The notes beneath the pieces were generated by a model. That model was not told where the DNA came from and made no database searches. It saw nothing but the letters and a program-made list of their open reading frames with translations. A stretch of DNA of 64,000 nt, taken from an uncultured Sphingobacteriaceae bacterium (GTDB taxonomy: Bacteria; Bacteroidota; Bacteroidia; Sphingobacteriales; Sphingobacteriaceae). Both the position numbers and the translations under genes were made by a program. The stretch is taken from the NCBI GenBank assembly GCA_964444885.1, contig CAYUIZ010000001.1, positions 27,181-91,180 on the forward strand. The letters are read 5' to 3'. Shown here in pieces: positions 48,301-56,079 of the stretch. Each line of letters opens with the position of its first letter. Position 1 is the first letter of the stretch.

Positions 48301-49236
48301 ATGAATGGAAAACCAAAGGGGTTTGTCCCCGTTATGCTGACGCCTTTCCGTGCCGACGGTACGGTGGACTACGATGGCCTCACCCGAATCACGGAATTAT
48401 ATTTGGAAGCCGGCGCGTCGGGATTGTTTGCCAATTGCCTCTCGAGTGAGATGTTTGAGCTGAGCGCCGAAGAGCGGCTGGCCGTTGTGGAGCACGTCGT
48501 GCGTGTGGCATCAGGGAGCGTGCCCGTGGTGGCTACGGCTACTTTTGGAGGGCTCGTCGGCCAGCAAGCGGATGACGTGAAGCGCATGTACGAAACGGGT
48601 ATCGAAGCCGCCATCGTCATTACGAATATGCTAGTAGGCGAAGGTGCGCCCGACGAGGAATTTGAAGATCAACTGAACGCGCTGTTGGATGCGACTGAAG
48701 CCGTTCCGCTAGGGCTGTACGAATGTCCGGATCCTTTCAAGCGCGTGCTGTCGGCCGAACAACTTGGCCGTTACGTGGACACGGGACGCGTTATCTACCA
48801 TAAGGATACCTGCTTGGATATTGGCCTGGTCAAGGCGAAGCTGTCCGCTACGGAACACAAGGACGCTTTCGGGTTGTATGACGCGTACATGGTGCACGCC
48901 GTGGAATCCCTCAAGGCGGGGTCAGCGGGTCTGTCCTGTATCCAGGGTAACTATTTTCCCGAATTGGTTGTCTGGCTATGTGAACATTACGACGATGAGA
49001 GCCTGGCCGGCGAGGTGGATAAGGTACAGCAATTTTTTGTCGACCACATGGATGTCATGCACCACATGTATCCGGTGGTAGCCAAATATTTTTTAACGAA
49101 ACGTAACCTGCCCATCGAACTGTTCACGCGCAAGGCAACGGGCGGGCTGGATGCCGGATTAAGGCAAGATGTAGACCGATTGTTCGCCGATTACGAACAG
49201 TTGTACAAGTCCTTGGATGTCCGGCTGGTCGTCTAG
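48301..49236 (+). CDS. DapA/NanA-family class I (Schiff-base) aldolase; specificity unknown
   Basis: Motifs: VPVMLTPF, TIM-barrel pattern, candidate Schiff-base Lys in VIYHKDT. The usual GTTGE motif is replaced by NCLSSEM, so it is not a typical DHDPS. Confidence 0.75.
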   Translation: MNGKPKGFVPVMLTPFRADGTVDYDGLTRITELYLEAGASGLFANCLSSEMFELSAEERLAVVEHVVRVASGSVPVVATATFGGLVGQQADDVKRMYETGIEAAIVITNMLVGEGAPDEEFEDQLNALLDATEAVPLGLYECPDPFKRVLSAEQLGRYVDTGRVIYHKDTCLDIGLVKAKLSATEHKDAFGLYDAYMVHAVESLKAGSAGLSCIQGNYFPELVVWLCEHYDDESLAGEVDKVQQFFVDHMDVMHHMYPVVAKYFLTKRNLPIELFTRKATGGLDAGLRQDVDRLFADYEQLYKSLDVRLVV

Positions 49237-49347
49237 GGCGTGTACCGCCAGCCTTTCGTTGCTGGAATGCACGCTGGCTTGACAGTTAGTTAACATAGAC
49301 TGTGTATCTTGGCAACACCGTCTCGGATCGACCAATAACAATAAAAA

Positions 49348-50745
49348 ATGAGTAGATACAAGAAAATAACGATAAGGCATCTTCGATGGGTAGGGCTACA
49401 GGCATCGCTGATGCTCTTTTTTGGCCCGATGCTCCTGGCCCAACAGGAGGCTGTGGGGTCGCACAACGCGCTCAAACGCTATCTGGCCCATAATGATGGT
49501 AAATTTTCGTGGGAGATCCAAGACAGCCTTATCACGAACAATAGCACCATTTACCAGGTGTTGCTCACGTCCCAGCAATGGCGGGAATTCACGTGGAAGC
49601 ACCAACTCAACGTGGTCGTGCCCAAGATCGTCAAGCACGATGGTGGGCTGTTGTTTATAAGCAGTGGCCGCATGCAGCGCGAGAATCCTAACGAGCCCGA
49701 GTGGCATGATTTGGCGTCCGATGGCATGATCCAGTCGGTCGCGCAGATGGCCGTTGAGAATCACGCCGTCGCCGCGCTGCTGCGCCAAGTGCCCAACCAG
49801 CCCTTATACGGCGGCATGACCGAAGACGAACTGATTTCCTATACGCTGCACCAGTTTCAAAACGACCAGGACTACACGTGGCCCTTGCTGTTTCCGATGG
49901 TGAAGAGTGCCGTCAAGGCAATGGATGCCGTGCAGGAAATTGTACAGAACCGTTCCTCACAGCCTGTTAGCCGATTCGTAGCAACGGGGCTGTCGAAGCG
50001 GGGGTGGACCACCTGGCTCACTGCTTCGCAAGACAGCCGTGTGGAAGCATTGGCACCCATGGTCATCGATATTCTCAATATGCCCGTCAACCTTAATTAC
50101 CAGATTGAGGTATGGCAGGAGTACAGCCCGCAGATACAGGATTACGTGGCGCTGGGCTTGGTGCAGGACGTCGAGAGCGAACGAGGCCGGACTTTAGCCG
50201 AAATGATCGATCCGTATGCGTATCGTAGGTTGCTGGATAAACCCAAAATGCTTTTCATGGGCACAAACGACCAGTATTGGGTGATTGATGCGGTTAAGCA
50301 TTATCTCGACAGCATCCCGGGTGCCAGCTACATCCATTATGTACCCAATGAGGGGCATAGCTTGGGCGACAAAACGCAGGCATTCCGTGCCTTATCCTCG
50401 TTTTGGGGTTTCACCCTGCATGACGAATCCTATCCGGTCCTCACCTGCGATGCGGTGTCGCACTCCGGACAGCTGAGGTTGGATGTCCGGGCCACGCCGT
50501 CCCGGCTGGTCGCGGCAAAATTATGGTATGCCGTGTCTGACGATCAAGATTTTAGGGACGAGAAGTGGCAAAGCCGCGATTTGGATGTCCGGCGGGTCAA
50601 CCGTTTTGTGGTGACGGAGCCTACACCCGTGGCGGGATACAAAGCGTGCTATGTCGATTTGGTTTACGAAGATATTCACGGCGAATATTATAGCCAAAGC
50701 ACCCGCGTGTATGTGGGTGATAAACAGGGATTTTTTATGGATTGA
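49348..50745 (+). CDS. PhoPQ-activated pathogenicity-related (PqaA-type) alpha/beta-hydrolase-like secreted protein
   Basis: Signal peptide. GLSKRGWTTW and the surrounding segments match my memory of Pfam PF10142-type proteins. Biochemical function is unknown. Confidence 0.6.
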   Translation: MSRYKKITIRHLRWVGLQASLMLFFGPMLLAQQEAVGSHNALKRYLAHNDGKFSWEIQDSLITNNSTIYQVLLTSQQWREFTWKHQLNVVVPKIVKHDGGLLFISSGRMQRENPNEPEWHDLASDGMIQSVAQMAVENHAVAALLRQVPNQPLYGGMTEDELISYTLHQFQNDQDYTWPLLFPMVKSAVKAMDAVQEIVQNRSSQPVSRFVATGLSKRGWTTWLTASQDSRVEALAPMVIDILNMPVNLNYQIEVWQEYSPQIQDYVALGLVQDVESERGRTLAEMIDPYAYRRLLDKPKMLFMGTNDQYWVIDAVKHYLDSIPGASYIHYVPNEGHSLGDKTQAFRALSSFWGFTLHDESYPVLTCDAVSHSGQLRLDVRATPSRLVAAKLWYAVSDDQDFRDEKWQSRDLDVRRVNRFVVTEPTPVAGYKACYVDLVYEDIHGEYYSQSTRVYVGDKQGFFMD

Positions 50746-50756
50746 ACTAGCAGGAG

Positions 50757-52091
50757 ATGATGATGAGCATGGTATGTATTCCCCTATTAATTAGGGCTGG
50801 GGCGGTGCGGCGGCGCATCGGCCTATTGATGGTTTTAATGCTGGCTACGGCTTCGGTGTTTTCGCAGATTGCCGATTTGTCACCCATTCGGCCCGGCTTG
50901 TGGCCCGATCGCGTCGTTCTGAACGTGACGGAAGACCCCGCCACCTCCACGGCTGTCACGTGGCGTACCAGTACGGCGGTTAAGGGCGGCGCGGCGCAGC
51001 TCGTAGTTGCCGATCCGCATCCGGCGTCGGTGAGTCAGGCGCTGGCCCAAAGCGCCGATACGGAGGTGTTGCAATTTAGCGAGCTCGAAGCGCATTATCA
51101 TTCGGTCACCTTCAGCGGATTGACGCCGAACACCCGGTATGCCTATCGGGTGGGAGAGGGCGACCATTGGAGTGAGTGGCACCATTTTACAACGGCGGGC
51201 ACGGCTGCGGACGATTTAACCTTCTTGTATTTCGGGGACGTCCAAACGAATATATTGCCGATGTGGTCGCGCGTAGTCCGGCAGGCTTACCGCCAAGCAC
51301 CGGACGCACGCCTAGCCTTATATGCGGGGGACTTGGTAAATCGGGCAAACCGCGACGTGGAATGGGGCGAGTGGTTTGCTGCGGGTGGTTTTATCCACGC
51401 TGAAATCCCGGTGATGCCCACCCCAGGCAACCATGACCACGCATCGACCGATGCGGGCGAAAACCTCATTTCGGCGTATTGGCGGCCACAATTTACCTTA
51501 CCCGAGAACGGGCCTGCCGGTTTGGAGGAAAGCTGCTACTACGTTGATGTGCAGGGCGTCCGGCTTATCTCGATTAATACCCAGCGCTACGAACTGTCCG
51601 AAGATGACCGCAAGAGCCAGCGCGAATGGCTGGCGAGCGTCCTAGCGGATAATCCCAATAAATGGACCTGCCTCCTGATGCACCATCCGGTCTATTCGAC
51701 CAAACGAAACCGCGATAATAAGATGTTGCGTGCGGATTTGAAACCGCTGATCGACCGCTATGGCGTAGATTTGGTGATGCAGGGACATGACCATACCTAC
51801 GTGCGCGGCATGGAAAAAGTGCCGATGCCCAATGGGCAAGCACCGGGCACCATGTACGTTGTATCCGTGAGTGGCCCTAAGATGTCGGATGTCTTGCATG
51901 CCGATTGGATGGAGCGCGTAGCCGGACATACGCAGCTGTTCCACATTGTGGACGTGGCGGGTGATGTCCTTCGTTTCAGGGCTTTCACCGCCACAGGCGA
52001 GCTTTACGACGAGTTCGAGTTGCACAAGTCGCCCGGACAAGCTAATCGACTACTTAACAAGATACCTGAGGGCGTGCCAGAGCGCCAGTAA
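50757..52091 (+). CDS. Secreted metallophosphoesterase with purple-acid-phosphatase-type N-terminal domain
   Basis: PAP N-terminal domain (VTWRT...TPNTRYAYRVG). Metallophosphoesterase motifs GDVQ, GDLVNR, GNHDH, HHP, GHDH. Confidence 0.8.
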   Translation: MMMSMVCIPLLIRAGAVRRRIGLLMVLMLATASVFSQIADLSPIRPGLWPDRVVLNVTEDPATSTAVTWRTSTAVKGGAAQLVVADPHPASVSQALAQSADTEVLQFSELEAHYHSVTFSGLTPNTRYAYRVGEGDHWSEWHHFTTAGTAADDLTFLYFGDVQTNILPMWSRVVRQAYRQAPDARLALYAGDLVNRANRDVEWGEWFAAGGFIHAEIPVMPTPGNHDHASTDAGENLISAYWRPQFTLPENGPAGLEESCYYVDVQGVRLISINTQRYELSEDDRKSQREWLASVLADNPNKWTCLLMHHPVYSTKRNRDNKMLRADLKPLIDRYGVDLVMQGHDHTYVRGMEKVPMPNGQAPGTMYVVSVSGPKMSDVLHADWMERVAGHTQLFHIVDVAGDVLRFRAFTATGELYDEFELHKSPGQANRLLNKIPEGVPERQ

Positions 52092-52109
52092 ATGAGAGGA
52101 GTGTAAAGA

Positions 52110-53033
52110 ATGAAAACGTTTTTTTCCAGTATTGCGATGCGTAGCGCGTGGTGCGGTGCCGTACTGCTTTGCGCGGCTTGCGGCCTACCGGATGAACCGC
52201 TCGATCGGGTTGGCGAAATCTGGGAACTCTATCACGACAGTCCAGAGGCGGTGCTCGTCGTAGCACACCGCGGGGCGCACGCGGATGTTCCTGAGAATTC
52301 ACTGGCTTCGATTGATAAGGCCGTCGAAGCGGGCGTGCATATTGTCGAACTTGATATCCAGCAGACTAAGGACGGGGTTTTTGTAGCCATGCACGACCGT
52401 GTGCTGGACCGAACGACGACCGGGACGGGTGAACTAGCCGACTATACCTACGCGGAACTGCAGTCCGTACGCTTGCTACACCAAGGCAACCCCACGGATT
52501 ACCGGATTCCGACATTGGAGGAAGCGGTTGGCCGCGCCAAAGGCCGGGTTTTGTTGGATATCGATTTCAAGGTGCATGGGCTACAAGCGCGTTTTGATGT
52601 GTTTGATGAGCTTACCAGGCTCGATGCCGAAGACCTCGTGCTGTTTTATTGCTACGACTATACCGAATTGCCCGTGTTGCACGCGTACAACCCGCGCATT
52701 AAAATCATGCCGCGTGCCTACGATTTGGTACAATTTAAGGAAATCGTCGAGTTGGGCCTGACCGATATCATCCATGTCGATGGGTCCTTTTACAGTTCGG
52801 AGGCAGTTGAAAAAATAGTCAACGAAAAGCCTATTCGGATATGGGCCAATGTGCTGGGCCGGCATGATCAGCAGGCCGCACAACATGGATCGGGTGCCTA
52901 CCGCTCATTCTTTGACAAACTGGCGCCCGTGAATGTCGTGCAAACCGATCAGCCACATTTATTAACTGAATATCTGGCGCAGGAGACGGACCGAGCCCTT
53001 GTGACGTCTGCCAGCTATAAAGACGTACGATGA
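52110..53033 (+). CDS. Glycerophosphodiester phosphodiesterase (GDPD) family lipoprotein
   Basis: Lipobox LLCAAC. Motifs: VVAHRGA..PENS, VELDIQQTKDGVFVAMHD. Confidence 0.88.
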   Translation: MKTFFSSIAMRSAWCGAVLLCAACGLPDEPLDRVGEIWELYHDSPEAVLVVAHRGAHADVPENSLASIDKAVEAGVHIVELDIQQTKDGVFVAMHDRVLDRTTTGTGELADYTYAELQSVRLLHQGNPTDYRIPTLEEAVGRAKGRVLLDIDFKVHGLQARFDVFDELTRLDAEDLVLFYCYDYTELPVLHAYNPRIKIMPRAYDLVQFKEIVELGLTDIIHVDGSFYSSEAVEKIVNEKPIRIWANVLGRHDQQAAQHGSGAYRSFFDKLAPVNVVQTDQPHLLTEYLAQETDRALVTSASYKDVR

Positions 53034-54823
53034 CTGCCTTCCGCCGGGTGTTGCCAAGAAGAGCCATTGTCCTGCTGTGGGCTGTTGTTGGATGTGCCTA
53101 TGCCAGCTGTCAGCCGGGGCCGGCGGCCACGGGTACGGTCGATGCGGTCATGGATGACGTGGTGACCCGACTCTATGCCGAGCTGGGCGACAGCCAGTTA
53201 GATACAATCAGTGATGCCTTTATGGCTCACTTCCTGACCGAGGCAGAAAAAGAAACGCTGGCTACGGCGTATTGGCGGTTTGAGGTCAATGTTCCGGTGG
53301 TCGTATCGCTCATGCGGGACACGGCACAGCAGCAGGTACCCTTTTGGTTGGAAGACAGCCCGTTTGTGAAAACGGATTTGATTGTGCGGAACGGTTTGTC
53401 GACCTATGAGGTTTGGCAAGCCGATTTTCCTGCCGGCAAAGTGGGGTTGGGAATCAATGGATTTGACCGGCACCGGCCCGTTTACTTCATTGCGGTAGCG
53501 CCCCAAAACCCGACGGACCAACTTGACATCCAACCTTTGTTTCCGCAGGACCAGCACATTGGGGTGATGGATACCGGATCGTTTACCTACCACGACTGGG
53601 ACGGACTGGTCTTGGAAGAAATTCCCGCCGTACTGCGCGGCCAGGCGCTGTTGACCACAATCCGCGGACGGGCACGCGAGGCCCATGTGATCGGCGGATT
53701 CCGCACCACGGCATTTCCCTCAACCCTCGCCCCAGACCAGATCACGTTGACGCTGGGCGCTGACCCGCGAACCCGCATGACGGTGCAATGGCGCACGGAC
53801 GCCTCCGTCAATGACGCTTGGGTCAAATATTGGCCATCCGGTGGGACGGATACGGTGAAGGTGGATGCCCTACATGCCCCGCTCGAAGACCGGCAACTGC
53901 GAAACGACCGCTATACCAGTCGTTTTACGGCACAGTTGGACGATCTCCACCCGGCCACCGCGTACGGATACATCGTGGGGCACGACGGTTCGGTGTCAGA
54001 CACAATGGCCTTTTCTACGGCCGGCGATACTGGGCCGTTCTCCTTTCTTTGGCTCGGGGACGTGCACAATGACCCGAAGACCGGCGAATTGTTGCAAAAT
54101 GCAGCCCGGACACACCCCGAATCCGCTTTTTGCGTCTTAGCAGGGGACCTCGTCAATACCGGCTTGTACCGCAATGATTGGGACGATCTGCTCGGCTATG
54201 CAGGCCAGGTGTATGGCCATATCCCACTCATGGCCGTGCCCGGCAACCACGACAGCCAGGATGGGCTGGGCGCGTCCATGTATCAGCAGTACCTCCACTA
54301 CCCGCAAAACGGGCCGAGCAACGTGGCACCAGGGTTTACCTATGCATTCCACTACCATAATGCGCTATTTTTGATGGTCGACGTCGTTAGCTTTTCGGCA
54401 GCAGCACAACGTGAATGGATCGCCGACCAACTCGCCCGTACGGATGCGGTTTGGAAGTTTGTCGTGTTTCATTTCCCGCCGTATACCAACAGGGAACCCT
54501 ATGTCGACATTGAACAGGAATGGGTGCCCCTGTTTGACGAATACGGCGTTGATATCGTCATGAACGGGCATTTCCATTATTACCTGCGCACCCAACCCAT
54601 GCGCGCCGGCAAGCCTGTCGCGGCGGGGCAACGGGGGACCACCTACATCATGTCTGTGGGCACGGGAAATAAGAACCAGACCGGCGAAACAGAGGCGCAT
54701 GCGGCCAAACGCGCCAACCAAGGTTACCTATACCAATATGTGCGCGTGGATGGAAATAAAATGATCCATACCAGTTTCGATGCCGGCGGAAACGTAGTTG
54801 ATTCGTTTGAGCTTCGAAAATAA
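53030..54823 (+). CDS. Metallophosphoesterase (purple-acid-phosphatase-like) with an extra ~230-aa N-terminal domain
   Basis: Motifs: MTVQWRT...ATAYGYIVG, GDVHND, GDLVNTG, GNHDS, HFPPY, GHFHYY. The start ATG overlaps the upstream stop (ATGA). Confidence 0.75.
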   Translation: MTAFRRVLPRRAIVLLWAVVGCAYASCQPGPAATGTVDAVMDDVVTRLYAELGDSQLDTISDAFMAHFLTEAEKETLATAYWRFEVNVPVVVSLMRDTAQQQVPFWLEDSPFVKTDLIVRNGLSTYEVWQADFPAGKVGLGINGFDRHRPVYFIAVAPQNPTDQLDIQPLFPQDQHIGVMDTGSFTYHDWDGLVLEEIPAVLRGQALLTTIRGRAREAHVIGGFRTTAFPSTLAPDQITLTLGADPRTRMTVQWRTDASVNDAWVKYWPSGGTDTVKVDALHAPLEDRQLRNDRYTSRFTAQLDDLHPATAYGYIVGHDGSVSDTMAFSTAGDTGPFSFLWLGDVHNDPKTGELLQNAARTHPESAFCVLAGDLVNTGLYRNDWDDLLGYAGQVYGHIPLMAVPGNHDSQDGLGASMYQQYLHYPQNGPSNVAPGFTYAFHYHNALFLMVDVVSFSAAAQREWIADQLARTDAVWKFVVFHFPPYTNREPYVDIEQEWVPLFDEYGVDIVMNGHFHYYLRTQPMRAGKPVAAGQRGTTYIMSVGTGNKNQTGETEAHAAKRANQGYLYQYVRVDGNKMIHTSFDAGGNVVDSFELRK

Positions 54824-54850
54824 CCTGTATTAACCGTTAATTGAACCAAT

Positions 54851-56053
54851 ATGATGATGACGAATACACAACGAATGCGGCTTATTTTGCCAGTTTTAGT
54901 GCTTGCGACCTGGCTTGGGAATGCCGGGGCTGCCCTGGCACAGGAGCCCGTGTTGCAACGATCTTTGATATTTAACCTGCAGCACCAGCATGTGCACGGC
55001 AGCAGTTTGGTTGAATTGCCCAATGGCGACTTGCTAATCGCTTGGTTCCAAGGCAGCGGGGAGCGCTCGGCCGACGACGTTCGTATCATGGGTGCCCGGT
55101 TGCCGAATGGGGCTACGCAGTGGAGCCAGCCCTTCGAGCTGGCCGATACGCCACACCTGCCGGATTGCAACCCCGTTTTGTTCATGGCCGGCGACAAATT
55201 GTTCCTCGTATGGATAGCCGTGCAATCCAATCGGTGGGAAAATTCCATACTCCGCGTGCGGACTACCACCCAGTATGCAGCCCAAGGCGCACCCACGTGG
55301 GAATGGCAAGACAATATCCTGCTGAAACCCGACGACAGTTTTGCCGAAGAGGTAGCCAGCAAGCTGAAAAAATTGCCTCCGCTGCAAGCCGGTTGGGCCG
55401 AATATGCGCCACGTTACGACCAGTTGATCATCACGGCCAGCCACGACGCGACCAAGCGCGGCATAGGCTGGATGACGCGTATCAAGCCGTTGATACTCGC
55501 CGGTGGGAAAATACTGTTGCCGTTGTATTCAGACGGGTTCAATCTGTCCCTTATTGCTATTTCCGAGGACGGCGGAAACTCCTGGCTGCCGAGCCTGCCC
55601 ATGGTAGGCCGAGGCAACATCCAGCCCGCATTGCTGCAAAGGCGGGACGGCAGTCTTGTGGCATACATGCGCGACAGCGGGGATGCGCCTATCCGTCTGC
55701 AGGTCAGTGAGTCGCATGACGAAGGCATGAGCTGGTCGGTGGCCGACAAAACCGAGTTTCCGAGTGGGGCAAGCGTTGACGCGCTCGCGCTTGCCGACGG
55801 GCGGTGGGCGATGCTCTTCAACGATATCGACGACGGCCGCTACCGGCTGAGTTTATACGTCTCCGACGACGAAGGCGAGACCTGGCCCGTTCGGTATCCG
55901 ATTGAGCTCGATCCGGAACAACAGGGACGGTTTTCCTATCCTTCCCTTATTCAGGCAAGCGATGGCAAGATCCATCTAAGCTATTCATACCATCTTGGTT
56001 CGGATAACAAAGCCATCAGCCACGTGGTTGTTGATCCCGCCCGGTTGCGTTAA
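54851..56053 (+). CDS. Secreted sialidase-fold BNR/Asp-box beta-propeller protein
   Basis: Signal peptide. Asp-boxes SEDGGNSW, SHDEGMSW, SDDEGETW. N-terminal HGSSLVELPNGD. No F/Y-R-I-P motif found. Confidence 0.8.
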   Translation: MMMTNTQRMRLILPVLVLATWLGNAGAALAQEPVLQRSLIFNLQHQHVHGSSLVELPNGDLLIAWFQGSGERSADDVRIMGARLPNGATQWSQPFELADTPHLPDCNPVLFMAGDKLFLVWIAVQSNRWENSILRVRTTTQYAAQGAPTWEWQDNILLKPDDSFAEEVASKLKKLPPLQAGWAEYAPRYDQLIITASHDATKRGIGWMTRIKPLILAGGKILLPLYSDGFNLSLIAISEDGGNSWLPSLPMVGRGNIQPALLQRRDGSLVAYMRDSGDAPIRLQVSESHDEGMSWSVADKTEFPSGASVDALALADGRWAMLFNDIDDGRYRLSLYVSDDEGETWPVRYPIELDPEQQGRFSYPSLIQASDGKIHLSYSYHLGSDNKAISHVVVDPARLR

Positions 56054-56079
56054 ACTGTCAAACCTAAATAAACTTTTTC

